From positions 195,282 to 259,281 of the forward strand of contig DHVS01000029.1 of NCBI GenBank assembly GCA_002412795.1: 64,000 nt of DNA, given 5' to 3'. Positions 43,500 to 51,964 of the stretch are shown here, one piece after another. Within the stretch, counting starts at the first letter, position 1. Each line of letters begins with the position of its first letter. The position numbers and the translations under genes are program-made. The DNA comes from a bacterium UBP2_UBA5202. GTDB taxonomy: Bacteria > Edwardsbacteria > AC1 > EtOH8. The notes beneath the pieces are model-generated. The model ran no database searches. It was not told the origin of the DNA and saw only the letters and a program-made list of their open reading frames with translations.

Positions 43500-43665
43500 C
43501 ACTTGTCCTGAGCGGTGCACTGAGCCACCGCCTTTGGCGGGGGTATACTTTTCCGAGGTGTACTTCGACGAGCTCAGCACAAGTTTACCGAAGCACTTGT
43601 CCTGAGCGGTGCACTGAGCCACCGCCTTTGACGGGGTATACTTTGCCGAAGTGTTTACCGAAGCA
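43500..43665. repeat. Tandem 94-nt-period direct repeat between the two T9SS cargo genes
   Basis: CACTTGTCCTGAGCGGTGCACTGAGCCACCGCCTTTG is identical at 43500-43536 and 43594-43630. TTTACCGAAGCA occurs at 43584-43595 and 43654-43665, and the latter copy contains the stop codon of the FG-GAP gene. Confidence 0.85.
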
Positions 43666-45319
43666 AGGTCATCTTCTTTACCATGCTTTCTCCTCCTGTT
43701 TTAAGTTGATAGATATATATTCCGTTGGAAACCCTTTGCCCGTCATCATCGCACCCATTCCACCGAACTTCATAGCTACCCACCTTCTTATCTTCATTGG
43801 CAAGCACCCGCACTACCTGCCCGGCTATATTGTAAACCTTCAAGCTGACTTTACCCGATTGGGAAACTTGGTATTTTATGGTTGTTTGATGACTGAATGG
43901 ATTGGGTGAGTTCTGCAGCACATTGTTAATTGCTAATTGTTCATTGTTCACTGGTTGCCCTGCCACCCCGTCGGGGCCGGTGTATTTGCACAGCCACACG
44001 GTTTTTTGCGAATATCCTTGGGGATTGGAAAATAACACTTCATCCTTGCCATCTTTATCCACATCACCGGCTGCCGCCATGTTAAGCAAATAATCCGTTG
44101 ACCATCTGCCTTGCATATAGCCCGTGGAATCGGTGGTCATTGTCTCCTTGCCCAGCCATATTTCGCATTGGCCTTCCCCTTCCATAACAGCGCTGGCATT
44201 ACCAAGGACAATGCCAAGCTCTGACAGACTATCATCGCTTAACCGCCCTAAACATCTTGTCATTTTACCAAGCCAGGTAAAGGTATCGGCACCGACCTTG
44301 GTAATATCCGGAATGCTGTCCATGCCTGGCCCGCCTTTAAGCAGGTAAACCTTGCCCTGATAATTGCCGCTCCCATAGCCGCCGGGATAGTCCGGCGAGC
44401 TAAAGCTGATATAGCCGTTTTGCCTGCTGCCGCACCAGCCCAAGGGATACCAACCTATTGAATAATTGGGTATTTCACCATGAAACCAGATATCGGGCAA
44501 AGTGTCCATCGGGTTTCCGCCGAAATAGACATATATTTTACCTGCCAAATAATAGCTTTCGCTGTTATCTTTAGCACCTATAGCTATATCGTCAAAGCCA
44601 TCACCATTCAAATCCATTCCACTAACTACTTCGGTTCCAAATTCCTCTTGACTATCGTTGATGCCCCCGTTTAGCACTACATCCGGCCAGGTATGCAAAC
44701 CAAGGGTATCGCCATAGTAAACATATACCCTGCCATCCAACCAATTATTAACGCTTGATCCAAGTGCCCCCACCACCAAATCATCAATACCGTCGCCGTT
44801 AATATCCCCGCTGCTTACCGAGCAGCCGAACATTTCGCGTGTGTTTTTACGGGTAACGCTCCAGTCCACTGCTGTATCCATCGTATTGCCGCCATAATAT
44901 ACATAAACTTTGCCGTCTTCGTAATTGGCGCCATAAGCAAGTGCCCCAACAGCAACATCGTCAAAGCCATCAGCGTTAAAATCACCAGAGCACATATTAA
45001 ACCCGTACAAATTTGTGGCATTTTCACCGGTTAAAATTACATCGACCGTTGTATCTATAATATCCGTAAATATTTTTACGGTCCCTTTATAGGGGTTAGC
45101 AGAATATCTGTTCCATGCCGGGCACCCAACAATAATGTCGTTATAACCATCTCCATTGATATCTCCACCAGACAATGACATTCCAAAATCTTCAACTGTA
45201 TCAACTCCTGCTCGTTGCCAAATGATGTCAAGGTTGTAAGCGGTCTGCCCCGCTGCCGGGCACGAATACAGAATGCTGAATATGGAAAACAGCAGAAGAG
45301 ATGCTCTTGTGCGTTTCAT
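43655..45319 (-). CDS. Secreted FG-GAP/VCBS repeat protein with T9SS-type C-terminal sorting domain
   Basis: 554 aa. Signal peptide. Repeated GD[IF]NGDG[YIF]DD[IVL].VG motifs (at least 5). C-terminus NSPNPFSHQTTIKYQV...LKVYNIAGQVVRVLANE...GIYIYQLKTG...KKMTLLR. Confidence 0.88.
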   Translation of the reverse strand: MKRTRASLLLFSIFSILYSCPAAGQTAYNLDIIWQRAGVDTVEDFGMSLSGGDINGDGYNDIIVGCPAWNRYSANPYKGTVKIFTDIIDTTVDVILTGENATNLYGFNMCSGDFNADGFDDVAVGALAYGANYEDGKVYVYYGGNTMDTAVDWSVTRKNTREMFGCSVSSGDINGDGIDDLVVGALGSSVNNWLDGRVYVYYGDTLGLHTWPDVVLNGGINDSQEEFGTEVVSGMDLNGDGFDDIAIGAKDNSESYYLAGKIYVYFGGNPMDTLPDIWFHGEIPNYSIGWYPLGWCGSRQNGYISFSSPDYPGGYGSGNYQGKVYLLKGGPGMDSIPDITKVGADTFTWLGKMTRCLGRLSDDSLSELGIVLGNASAVMEGEGQCEIWLGKETMTTDSTGYMQGRWSTDYLLNMAAAGDVDKDGKDEVLFSNPQGYSQKTVWLCKYTGPDGVAGQPVNNEQLAINNVLQNSPNPFSHQTTIKYQVSQSGKVSLKVYNIAGQVVRVLANEDKKVGSYEVRWNGCDDDGQRVSNGIYIYQLKTGGESMVKKMTLLR

Positions 45320-45538
45320 GGTTTTATCCTTTTTAGAGTTCAGTTACAACTTATATCTATTCCTTGGTTCATTCCAAGGCCATTGTTTGCAAAGCCAAGC
45401 CGCTTAACGCGGCGTGTACACCTGTTGTTTGCGCTAAAATACCAAAAAAGCCCTGCCGCCACCGGACGCTGTGCGCATCCGGAAGCCAGGGTTGTTTCTG
45501 GTCAGGTATCCGTCAGGACAGACATAAGGCAGGTTCGT

Positions 45539-45796
45539 TCAAAGTGAATTGTTTCCCTCGGCCCTTTGTATCAAAGGATCCACCATAGTCATGGCGCTGA
45601 AGGCGGACTGCAGGTCCCGGTAAGATCCGAAACTGCCGAAGACATTGTACAGAGACAGAGGACGGGAGGTGATAAAATACCAGACGTTTTCCTTTTTCCC
45701 GGAAACGGAAGTTTCCTTTACTTTACCGGCAGGCTGCAGCAGGTACTCCGTCCCCACCTCCCGGATGCAGAGATATGTCGGGTTTTGATCATTCAT
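45539..45796 (-). CDS. Hypothetical 85-aa protein, paralog of 26865..27116
   Basis: ATG at 45796 preceded by AAAGGAGC. The ORF-track start at 45826 is a TTG extension. Shared motifs Y[IL]CIRE.G..Y, [GN]VWY[YF], NVFG[AS][YF]. Confidence 0.65.
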   Translation of the reverse strand: MNDQNPTYLCIREVGTEYLLQPAGKVKETSVSGKKENVWYFITSRPLSLYNVFGSFGSYRDLQSAFSAMTMVDPLIQRAEGNNSL

Positions 45797-45968
45797 TGGC
45801 ACTGCTCCTTTCCGTGGATCACTCAAATGGTAATTTTCCTGCCTTCATGCCCGTCCGCCGTAGCTTTAGCGACCGCTTACGCTATTATATTTACTGCCTC
45901 GTGCGCCTTAGCTACAGCGGTGGCGCAAGGCAGGGTTTCCTTATTGCGGTCAGCGCCTCAGCCCTGTT

Positions 45969-46223
45969 TCACCGGTGCTGCCGGTGGCAGTCCAAACACA
46001 GTATCTCGCAGTTGGCCGCCAGGTCCGGCGCCTTGCCGCTTATGATCAACCGGGGCAGGGCTATCCAGCCATCGTGATGTTTGATCTCCACTACTGAGTT
46101 CTTCTTTTCCCAATACAGCGGCCTGCCGCAAAGCTCCTTCCGGCCCTGGGACACTACCGCCCCCTCGCATTTGCCGCCGGCCCGGTCCCAGGCCTTTTTA
46201 AGGGTCTCTTCCGAGAAATGCAT
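45969..46223 (-). CDS. Small HNH-like nuclease-fold protein (84 aa)
   Basis: From internal ATG at 46223: MHFSEETLKKAWDRAGGKCEG...CGRPLYW...EIKHHDGW...AANCEILCLDCHRQHR (CxxC...HH...N...CxxCH pattern). Confidence 0.5.
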   Translation of the reverse strand: MHFSEETLKKAWDRAGGKCEGAVVSQGRKELCGRPLYWEKKNSVVEIKHHDGWIALPRLIISGKAPDLAANCEILCLDCHRQHR

Positions 46224-46242
46224 TTTATAACCTCTTGTAATG

Positions 46243-46437
46243 TTAGCCTGGCCGATGATCCCGGTCAAACAGGCAGAACGCCTTGTGTTCCTTGTGTTTC
46301 TTCCAATAGCAATCGCGGGCATCACAACACTGGTATTTGTAAGGCCCGTTTCGATCCCCATCTGGAATTTTTATCCTGTGCTTAAGTTTGCAGACCGGTA
46401 AATTGTTGTCCGAATTAGTTTGTACGATTAGAGGCAT
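46243..46437 (-). CDS. Hypothetical Cys/His-rich 64-aa ORF
   Basis: ORF only. SD-like GAGAGGAG sits too close to the ATG. CKLKH...CCDARDCYWKKHKEHK. Confidence 0.3.
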   Translation of the reverse strand: MPLIVQTNSDNNLPVCKLKHRIKIPDGDRNGPYKYQCCDARDCYWKKHKEHKAFCLFDRDHRPG

Positions 46438-46462
46438 ACTCCTCTCTATTGGCTTGTTTTGC

Positions 46463-46645
46463 TTAAGGCATTTTGACCGGCTCGGCCATCAGCATGGCCT
46501 GGTGGTAGATGATCACCCTCCGGGCCGGCTGGCTGTCCTTGACCGTGGAGATGACCATTTTAAGGCCGTCCTGGGCCAGGACTTTTCCGTAAAAGTCCTG
46601 GCCCGTGTTCAGAATGAAATGGTATGTGTCTATCTTGTTATACAT
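46463..46645 (-). CDS. Hypothetical 60-aa protein
   Basis: Host-like GC3-rich codon usage. GKVLAQDGLKMVISTVKD...RVIIYHQAML is loosely Sm/KOW-like. No SD. Confidence 0.4.
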   Translation of the reverse strand: MYNKIDTYHFILNTGQDFYGKVLAQDGLKMVISTVKDSQPARRVIIYHQAMLMAEPVKMP

Positions 46646-46690
46646 GGAAAATGATCGTTTAATGTTTTATGGGTATTGAAGTGGCTCTGC

Positions 46691-46831
46691 TTACCAAGGT
46701 GGCGGGGGCGGGACTGGCGGATCATCGTCCAATACCACTATGGGCTTATTGATAACGGCAGAATACGCCGGAATCGCTATGGAGCTTACCAAGAGAAAAG
46801 CTGCCAGGATGAATAATGCTGCCTTTTTCAT
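46691..46831 (-). CDS. Small secreted peptide (46 aa) with Pro-rich C-terminus
   Basis: MKKAALFILAAFLLVSSIAIPAYS-AVINKPIVVLDDDPPVPPPPPW. SD AAGGAG 6 nt upstream. Below the ORF-track cut-off. Confidence 0.4.
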   Translation of the reverse strand: MKKAALFILAAFLLVSSIAIPAYSAVINKPIVVLDDDPPVPPPPPW

Positions 46832-47000
46832 TTCTGTCTCCTTAGGTTTAAGTTTGTGTTGACAGCATTATATACATTCAATTTCTGTGCCAGGGACGCA
46901 TGTTCAAAAACACAGTGTTTCTAACAAGTTAATTTTCAATGCGTTAAGAATAAAATGGTTTCCCGCGTTAGGTTTTGCATTTGGGCATAAAAACAAAAAA

Positions 47001-47020
47001 GCGGGACAGGTATGTCCCGC
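47001..47020 (-). terminator. Intrinsic terminator after the kinase/activator gene
   Basis: GCGGGACA-TACC-TGTCCCGC followed by TTTTTTGTTTTT on the minus strand, 80 nt past the stop. Confidence 0.7.
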
Positions 47021-47099
47021 TCGTTTTTCTAAAACTTCAATATTATCCGTTTAAGGTCTTATTCCACAAAGTGATGCGAAAAATGACAACCATGTCCCG

Positions 47100-50000
47100 C
47101 TATTTGACATTTTTGTCCCGCTTTACCCCGTGCTTGCCGGTTAACCGGTAAAAATGCCTCTTGGAAACGCCATAAATTTTGGCCGCTTTGGTAAAATTGT
47201 ACCCGGCGCTTTCCAAACTCCTTATTATCAGCTGTCTTTGGCTGCCCTCATGGTTATCTCTAATGCTTTGAGCGTCATCTACCCGGTATCCTTCAATTTC
47301 CAATTCATTCTCGGTAATCCTTCTTTTGGAAGCCAGTAAAACCGCCTTTTGAATGGTATTCTCCAACTCCCGGATGTTTCCCGGCCAATTGTGCATCACA
47401 ATGGCCCTCTTTGCCCCTTCGTTAAAAGACAGGCTTCCTTTATTGAATTTCTTTTGATACTTGTTCTTAAAATACTCGGCTAATACCAGTAAATCCTCGC
47501 TTCTTTCCCTTAGCGGCGGGATGTCTATCTTGATCACCTTCAGCCGGTAATACAGGTCCTCCCGGAACCGTCCCTCGTTGATCTCTATCTCCAGGTCCTT
47601 GTTGGTGGCGCAGATCATCCGGACATCCACCCGGCTGGCCGTCTCGCTGCCGATCCGCCTGATCTCCCCGGCCTCTATCACCCTTAACAGCCGGGCCTGC
47701 ACCCCGGGGCTGGCGCTGGCGATCTCGTCCAAAAACACCGTGCCGCCGTCGGCCGCCTCAAACAGCCCGGTCTTGTCCTTGCTGGCTCCGGTGAACGACC
47801 CTTTTACATAGCCGAACAGCTCCGATTCCAAAAGCGTCTCCGGCAGGGAGCCGCAGTCCAGGGCCAGGAACTTTTTGTCCTTGCGGGCCGAAAGCTGGTG
47901 CACTATCTGGGCCGCCATTTCCTTGCCGGTGCCGGATTCCCCGTCCAGCAGCACCGTGACATCGGTGGGAGCGGCGGCCTTGATCCGTTTGATCATGCTT
48001 TTGACCGCCGGGGAGTTACCGATCATCCCCTGCAATGCCTTGGACCCGGTAACTTGATGCTCCCTGCTCTTTGACCTCAGTTCTTCCAGCAACCGGTGGC
48101 TTTCTATCACCGCCCCCAGGATCTGGGCCAAAGCCTTGGTGAAATCCCTCTGGGCCTGGCTGAATAACCCCGGTTTAAGCCGGGAATCCAGGTAGATGGC
48201 GCCCAGGTTCCCTTCCCTTGACTTTAGCGGCAGGCATAACAGCGAGCGGATGGCATTGCGCTTGACGCTTAAGCGCGAACTGAGGGCCTCATCCAATTGG
48301 GCGTCGTTGGAGACCACCATGGTCTCCCCGGAGGCCGCGGCCATCACGGCATTGGAGGAAAATTCCAGCGCATCGTGCTGGGTCAGGGGATCCAGGTCCA
48401 CCTTGGCCGCCAGGAAATGTTTGGAGTTCTCATCGTTCAGGAACAAGCCCCCCCTTTCGGCATTAAGAAGATTTACAGTTACGTCCAAACAACTTTGAGC
48501 CAGCTCGGCCTGGTTCTTTTCGGGGTCCAGCAGGGCGGCTATCTGGTACAGCCCTTCCAGCATCCGGGCCCCGGGCAGGAGATTGCCCGGAGCGAACAGC
48601 CGGTGGACTGCGGCCAGGATGGTGTTTCTGGTCCGCTCCAGATAAACCGGGGCCCCCATTTTCTGGAACTCGGCCTCGGCCGCCAGCAGGCCGGGCATCA
48701 GTTTTTCGGCGTCGTTAAAACTGTCCGATTCCATGGCCATTTCCCCCGTCTTAAGCCAGGCTTTGGCCGATTCGGCCGGATCGCCGCTGTCCTTTAGCTC
48801 GCCTGCGGCTTGCATCGCCAGATCCAGGCCTTTGTTTATATCGCCATTTTTAGCCATATAAAATCCTTCCAGCATTTTTAGCTGCGCCTTTTCTATTGCA
48901 TCCCCGGCCTGGGTCCTGGCCCGGCCCAGATAATCCTTCATTGATGAATGATCATTGAGATATCCTGCCGCCAAAGCACCGTAATAAATGCAATCCCATT
49001 GTATTTTAAAGCCCTTTGCAGATGCCAAAGACATTGCTTTCTCAATGCTATCAAGCCCTTCCCGATGGCGGTTGTCTTCGGCACAAACAATTCCCATTTC
49101 TTTTCTTATGATAACTTCAACATAATCCAACTCGTTTTTTAACGATATGTCCAGACAATGGGTTAATGTTTTTATGGCATACGCTGTTTTACCCATAAGT
49201 TGTTCTTTGGAAGAGACATTAGACAGGCAGATAAGCATGTTTTGTTTATCACCGTTTTCTTCGTAAAGTGCATACGCTTCAAGGTATTTTTCTTTGGATA
49301 GTTTTATCTGGGCCGATTTCCCGTAAATCAGGGCTAAATTAGCTGTTATATTGGCCTGCATGGCAAGGCCTTCATTTGGACTAAAATTGCTTTCCGCTTT
49401 TTGCAGACACAAAAGAGCCTGACCCCAGTTTTTTAAACTGATATTTATCAAGCCTAAATAACATAAGGAATAACAAAGCATGCTGTTTTGCCCTTCCTGT
49501 TCCACCAGGTTGCTGCTCTGCTCCAGAGATGTTTTGGCATTGACTAAATCGCCTTCCTGCCACTGGCTGTAGCCCAAAATATTTAATAATTTTGCTTTTT
49601 CTATCGGATCGGATATCTCAATCATAGCAGCTTTTTCGGCCCAATCTATCACCTGCTTGAAATCGTTTGAGCGCTGATGATGCCTGGCCAACAAATTATA
49701 TATTTCAAAATATGTGACGTTGGAGCATCGGCCAGAATTGGCAATTTCCAAAGATCTGTGTAAGTTATCTGCGGCCTCTTCCGCTCTTCCCTGCAGACCC
49801 AGCACCCTGCCCTTGTAGGCCAGGTAAAGGCTCTTCTGATCGTCATTATTTACGGCAGGGAAACCTTCTTCCAAAGTTTCCAATGCCTTGGTATGATCGC
49901 CCTTGTTGGCATATAGCTTGGCCAGGGTCTGATAGTACTCCCACTCACCGGAAAGCTGTCCCGCCAATGTCTTCCACAACTCTATGGCCAAAGCCCACCG

Positions 50001-51851
50001 GCTTACCCGCTGGTAAAGGGCGGCCAACTGCCGGACTATCTGGGTCTGTTCTTTGGTCCCCAGCCGCCCGGAATCAACCAGCAGCCGCCCCACATAAAGC
50101 ATCTTTTCCAGGTCATTGTCGTTCTGGGCCTGTTCGAATATACTTTTGCCTTCGGTCAGCCATTGCTGCTGGACATTATTTTCATTCCAGAATATCCAGC
50201 GCGCCATGGAGGGAAATTCTGGCCGCTCTGCGGAAATCGCCGCCGTTTTTATCCGGTCAGTTTCAGACGGAGGTATCTGTTCCAGGATGAAGGTCCGTAG
50301 AATGTCCCCGTCCACCCGGCCGCTGTCGTCCAGCCAGTACTCCGGGTCGGGGCCCGCCGTCTTCATCTGCGATCCCGCGCAGTCTTCCAGGCAGATCTTC
50401 TTCAATGCCTCCCGGCCATCAGCGTCAAGCAGTTGCCAGCGCCGGCCGATGTCACCGGCGATCTCCTCCGGCAGGATCCGGCCGGTGAACATCTTCTGCC
50501 AGTCTATCTGCCAATGGTCCTGCTTTTGGCTGATGACGGAGACACTTTGGCAGTGTTCCAGATAGGCCCTGGCATGGGCAACGTTGCTGCCGGCCTGCCG
50601 CCAGACCCAGTCGGACAGGTTTTCCAGCTCCCAGTTGCTTATCCCCGCCAGATAGCCGGCCAGGACCTTGGAATATTCCTGCTTGTGGAACTTTACCAAA
50701 GCCAGTGCCTGGCCCTTTGGGGAAAGCCGGGGGGTTGACGGATCAATGGCGGCCACTGATCTGCCGGGCCGGTCTTTAAGCCAGGCCGGTATTTCTCCAT
50801 CCTTCAGACCATCCACCAGCAAGACAGCATCTGAAGGAAGCACCTTAAATAGTTTCTCGCCTTCTGACTCACCGGCATTGAAATAAACCGATGTCTGCCC
50901 GGCCATCTGGCAGACGAAGTTCAATTCCCTTAAAAAGGCCGTCTTTCCCCGGCCCGGGCCGGCTGAAACAGTGAACAGGCCGGATCTCCCCGGACGCAAA
51001 TGTTCCACGGCTTTGGCCAGCGCCTGGTTTTGGCCGGAAAAGCGAAAAGACCCCGGACTTTCCAGACCACATCCGCTGCCGGAATGCCTTAAGGCCTGAA
51101 CCAGCTGCGAGGCGGAATGATATCTTTCCTGGGGCCAATAGTTCAAAGTTCTGATCCCGATCTCCGACCGTTTGTCATCCAATGATTCCCTGATCCCCAG
51201 GTTCCAGGACAGGTTTTCCTCCAGCCTGTCCGTGGCCGCCGGAAGCTGCCCGGTCATCATCCAAAAAAGCAGCAGGCCCAGGCTGTAGACATCGGAGCTT
51301 TGGGTGGGCCCGGTGCTGCCGTTAAGGACCTCGGGAGACGAGTATTCGGCGGTGCCGGTAAAACCGGAACTTGTTTCATCGCCGGTTTTCCGGGCCAGCC
51401 CCAGGTCAATCAGCTTTACCCCTCCATCCCGGCCAATCAGGATGTTCTCCGGCTTGATGTCCCCGTGGATGTATTCCCGGCCGTGGAGATAGGACGCAAC
51501 GCCGGCCAGCCTGACCCAGATATCCCACAGCTCTTTTTTGTCCGGCTGGTTCTGCCGGATGTAGGCATCCAGAGTGGCCCCGGGGAAATGCTCAAAGGCG
51601 GCCAGGGACTTTTCATCCTGGCGGTAAAAGTCAAAGGCCTTCAGCAGGCCGGGATGGTCCATCCGGTAAAGCCGGATGAACTCCAGTTTCAGGTCCTGGC
51701 CGGATTTTTGGGCGGCGGCTTTGACCACCACCGGCCGGCCGCTTAGCCTGTCTTCGGCCAGATAAACTTCGCCTTCGCCCCCCTGCCCCAGTTTTTCCAG
51801 CACCCGGTAGCGCCAGTGCAGGTCTGCTTTATGTTTTGTTGCTTGACTCAT
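47100..51851 (-). CDS. Multidomain regulator: Ser/Thr protein kinase + P-loop (STAND-like) + TPR + GAF + sigma-54 AAA+ activator + Fis-type HTH
   Basis: 1583 aa. Kinase motifs GQGGEGEVY, VVVK, HGDIKPENILI, DLGLA, GTAEYSSPE. Walker A SAGPGRGKTAF. Long TPR region. GAF (LCLPLKSREGNLGAIYLDS). Enhancer-binding-protein core VLLDGESGTGKE, GSFTGA (GAFTGA variant), GGTVFLDEI, ATNKDL..FREDLYYRL. C-terminal HTH NFTKAAKIYGVSKRHFYRL. Confidence 0.9.
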   Translation of the reverse strand: MSQATKHKADLHWRYRVLEKLGQGGEGEVYLAEDRLSGRPVVVKAAAQKSGQDLKLEFIRLYRMDHPGLLKAFDFYRQDEKSLAAFEHFPGATLDAYIRQNQPDKKELWDIWVRLAGVASYLHGREYIHGDIKPENILIGRDGGVKLIDLGLARKTGDETSSGFTGTAEYSSPEVLNGSTGPTQSSDVYSLGLLLFWMMTGQLPAATDRLEENLSWNLGIRESLDDKRSEIGIRTLNYWPQERYHSASQLVQALRHSGSGCGLESPGSFRFSGQNQALAKAVEHLRPGRSGLFTVSAGPGRGKTAFLRELNFVCQMAGQTSVYFNAGESEGEKLFKVLPSDAVLLVDGLKDGEIPAWLKDRPGRSVAAIDPSTPRLSPKGQALALVKFHKQEYSKVLAGYLAGISNWELENLSDWVWRQAGSNVAHARAYLEHCQSVSVISQKQDHWQIDWQKMFTGRILPEEIAGDIGRRWQLLDADGREALKKICLEDCAGSQMKTAGPDPEYWLDDSGRVDGDILRTFILEQIPPSETDRIKTAAISAERPEFPSMARWIFWNENNVQQQWLTEGKSIFEQAQNDNDLEKMLYVGRLLVDSGRLGTKEQTQIVRQLAALYQRVSRWALAIELWKTLAGQLSGEWEYYQTLAKLYANKGDHTKALETLEEGFPAVNNDDQKSLYLAYKGRVLGLQGRAEEAADNLHRSLEIANSGRCSNVTYFEIYNLLARHHQRSNDFKQVIDWAEKAAMIEISDPIEKAKLLNILGYSQWQEGDLVNAKTSLEQSSNLVEQEGQNSMLCYSLCYLGLINISLKNWGQALLCLQKAESNFSPNEGLAMQANITANLALIYGKSAQIKLSKEKYLEAYALYEENGDKQNMLICLSNVSSKEQLMGKTAYAIKTLTHCLDISLKNELDYVEVIIRKEMGIVCAEDNRHREGLDSIEKAMSLASAKGFKIQWDCIYYGALAAGYLNDHSSMKDYLGRARTQAGDAIEKAQLKMLEGFYMAKNGDINKGLDLAMQAAGELKDSGDPAESAKAWLKTGEMAMESDSFNDAEKLMPGLLAAEAEFQKMGAPVYLERTRNTILAAVHRLFAPGNLLPGARMLEGLYQIAALLDPEKNQAELAQSCLDVTVNLLNAERGGLFLNDENSKHFLAAKVDLDPLTQHDALEFSSNAVMAAASGETMVVSNDAQLDEALSSRLSVKRNAIRSLLCLPLKSREGNLGAIYLDSRLKPGLFSQAQRDFTKALAQILGAVIESHRLLEELRSKSREHQVTGSKALQGMIGNSPAVKSMIKRIKAAAPTDVTVLLDGESGTGKEMAAQIVHQLSARKDKKFLALDCGSLPETLLESELFGYVKGSFTGASKDKTGLFEAADGGTVFLDEIASASPGVQARLLRVIEAGEIRRIGSETASRVDVRMICATNKDLEIEINEGRFREDLYYRLKVIKIDIPPLRERSEDLLVLAEYFKNKYQKKFNKGSLSFNEGAKRAIVMHNWPGNIRELENTIQKAVLLASKRRITENELEIEGYRVDDAQSIRDNHEGSQRQLIIRSLESAGYNFTKAAKIYGVSKRHFYRLTGKHGVKRDKNVK

Positions 51852-51926
51852 TGACTAAAGTATACCCTCTTACCATTATTATTTCAAGCCTAAAGTAATT
51901 TGATCTGGCTTTTGGGGACATAAAAA

Positions 51927-51946
51927 ACCCCCGGATCGCTCCGGGG
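51927..51946 (-). terminator. Intrinsic terminator (bidirectional shape) after the efflux operon
   Basis: CCCCCGGA-GCGA-TCCGGGGG flanked by an A-run and a T-run, 19 nt past the permease stop. Confidence 0.75.
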
Positions 51947-51964
51947 GCTTTTTATGAATTTATC

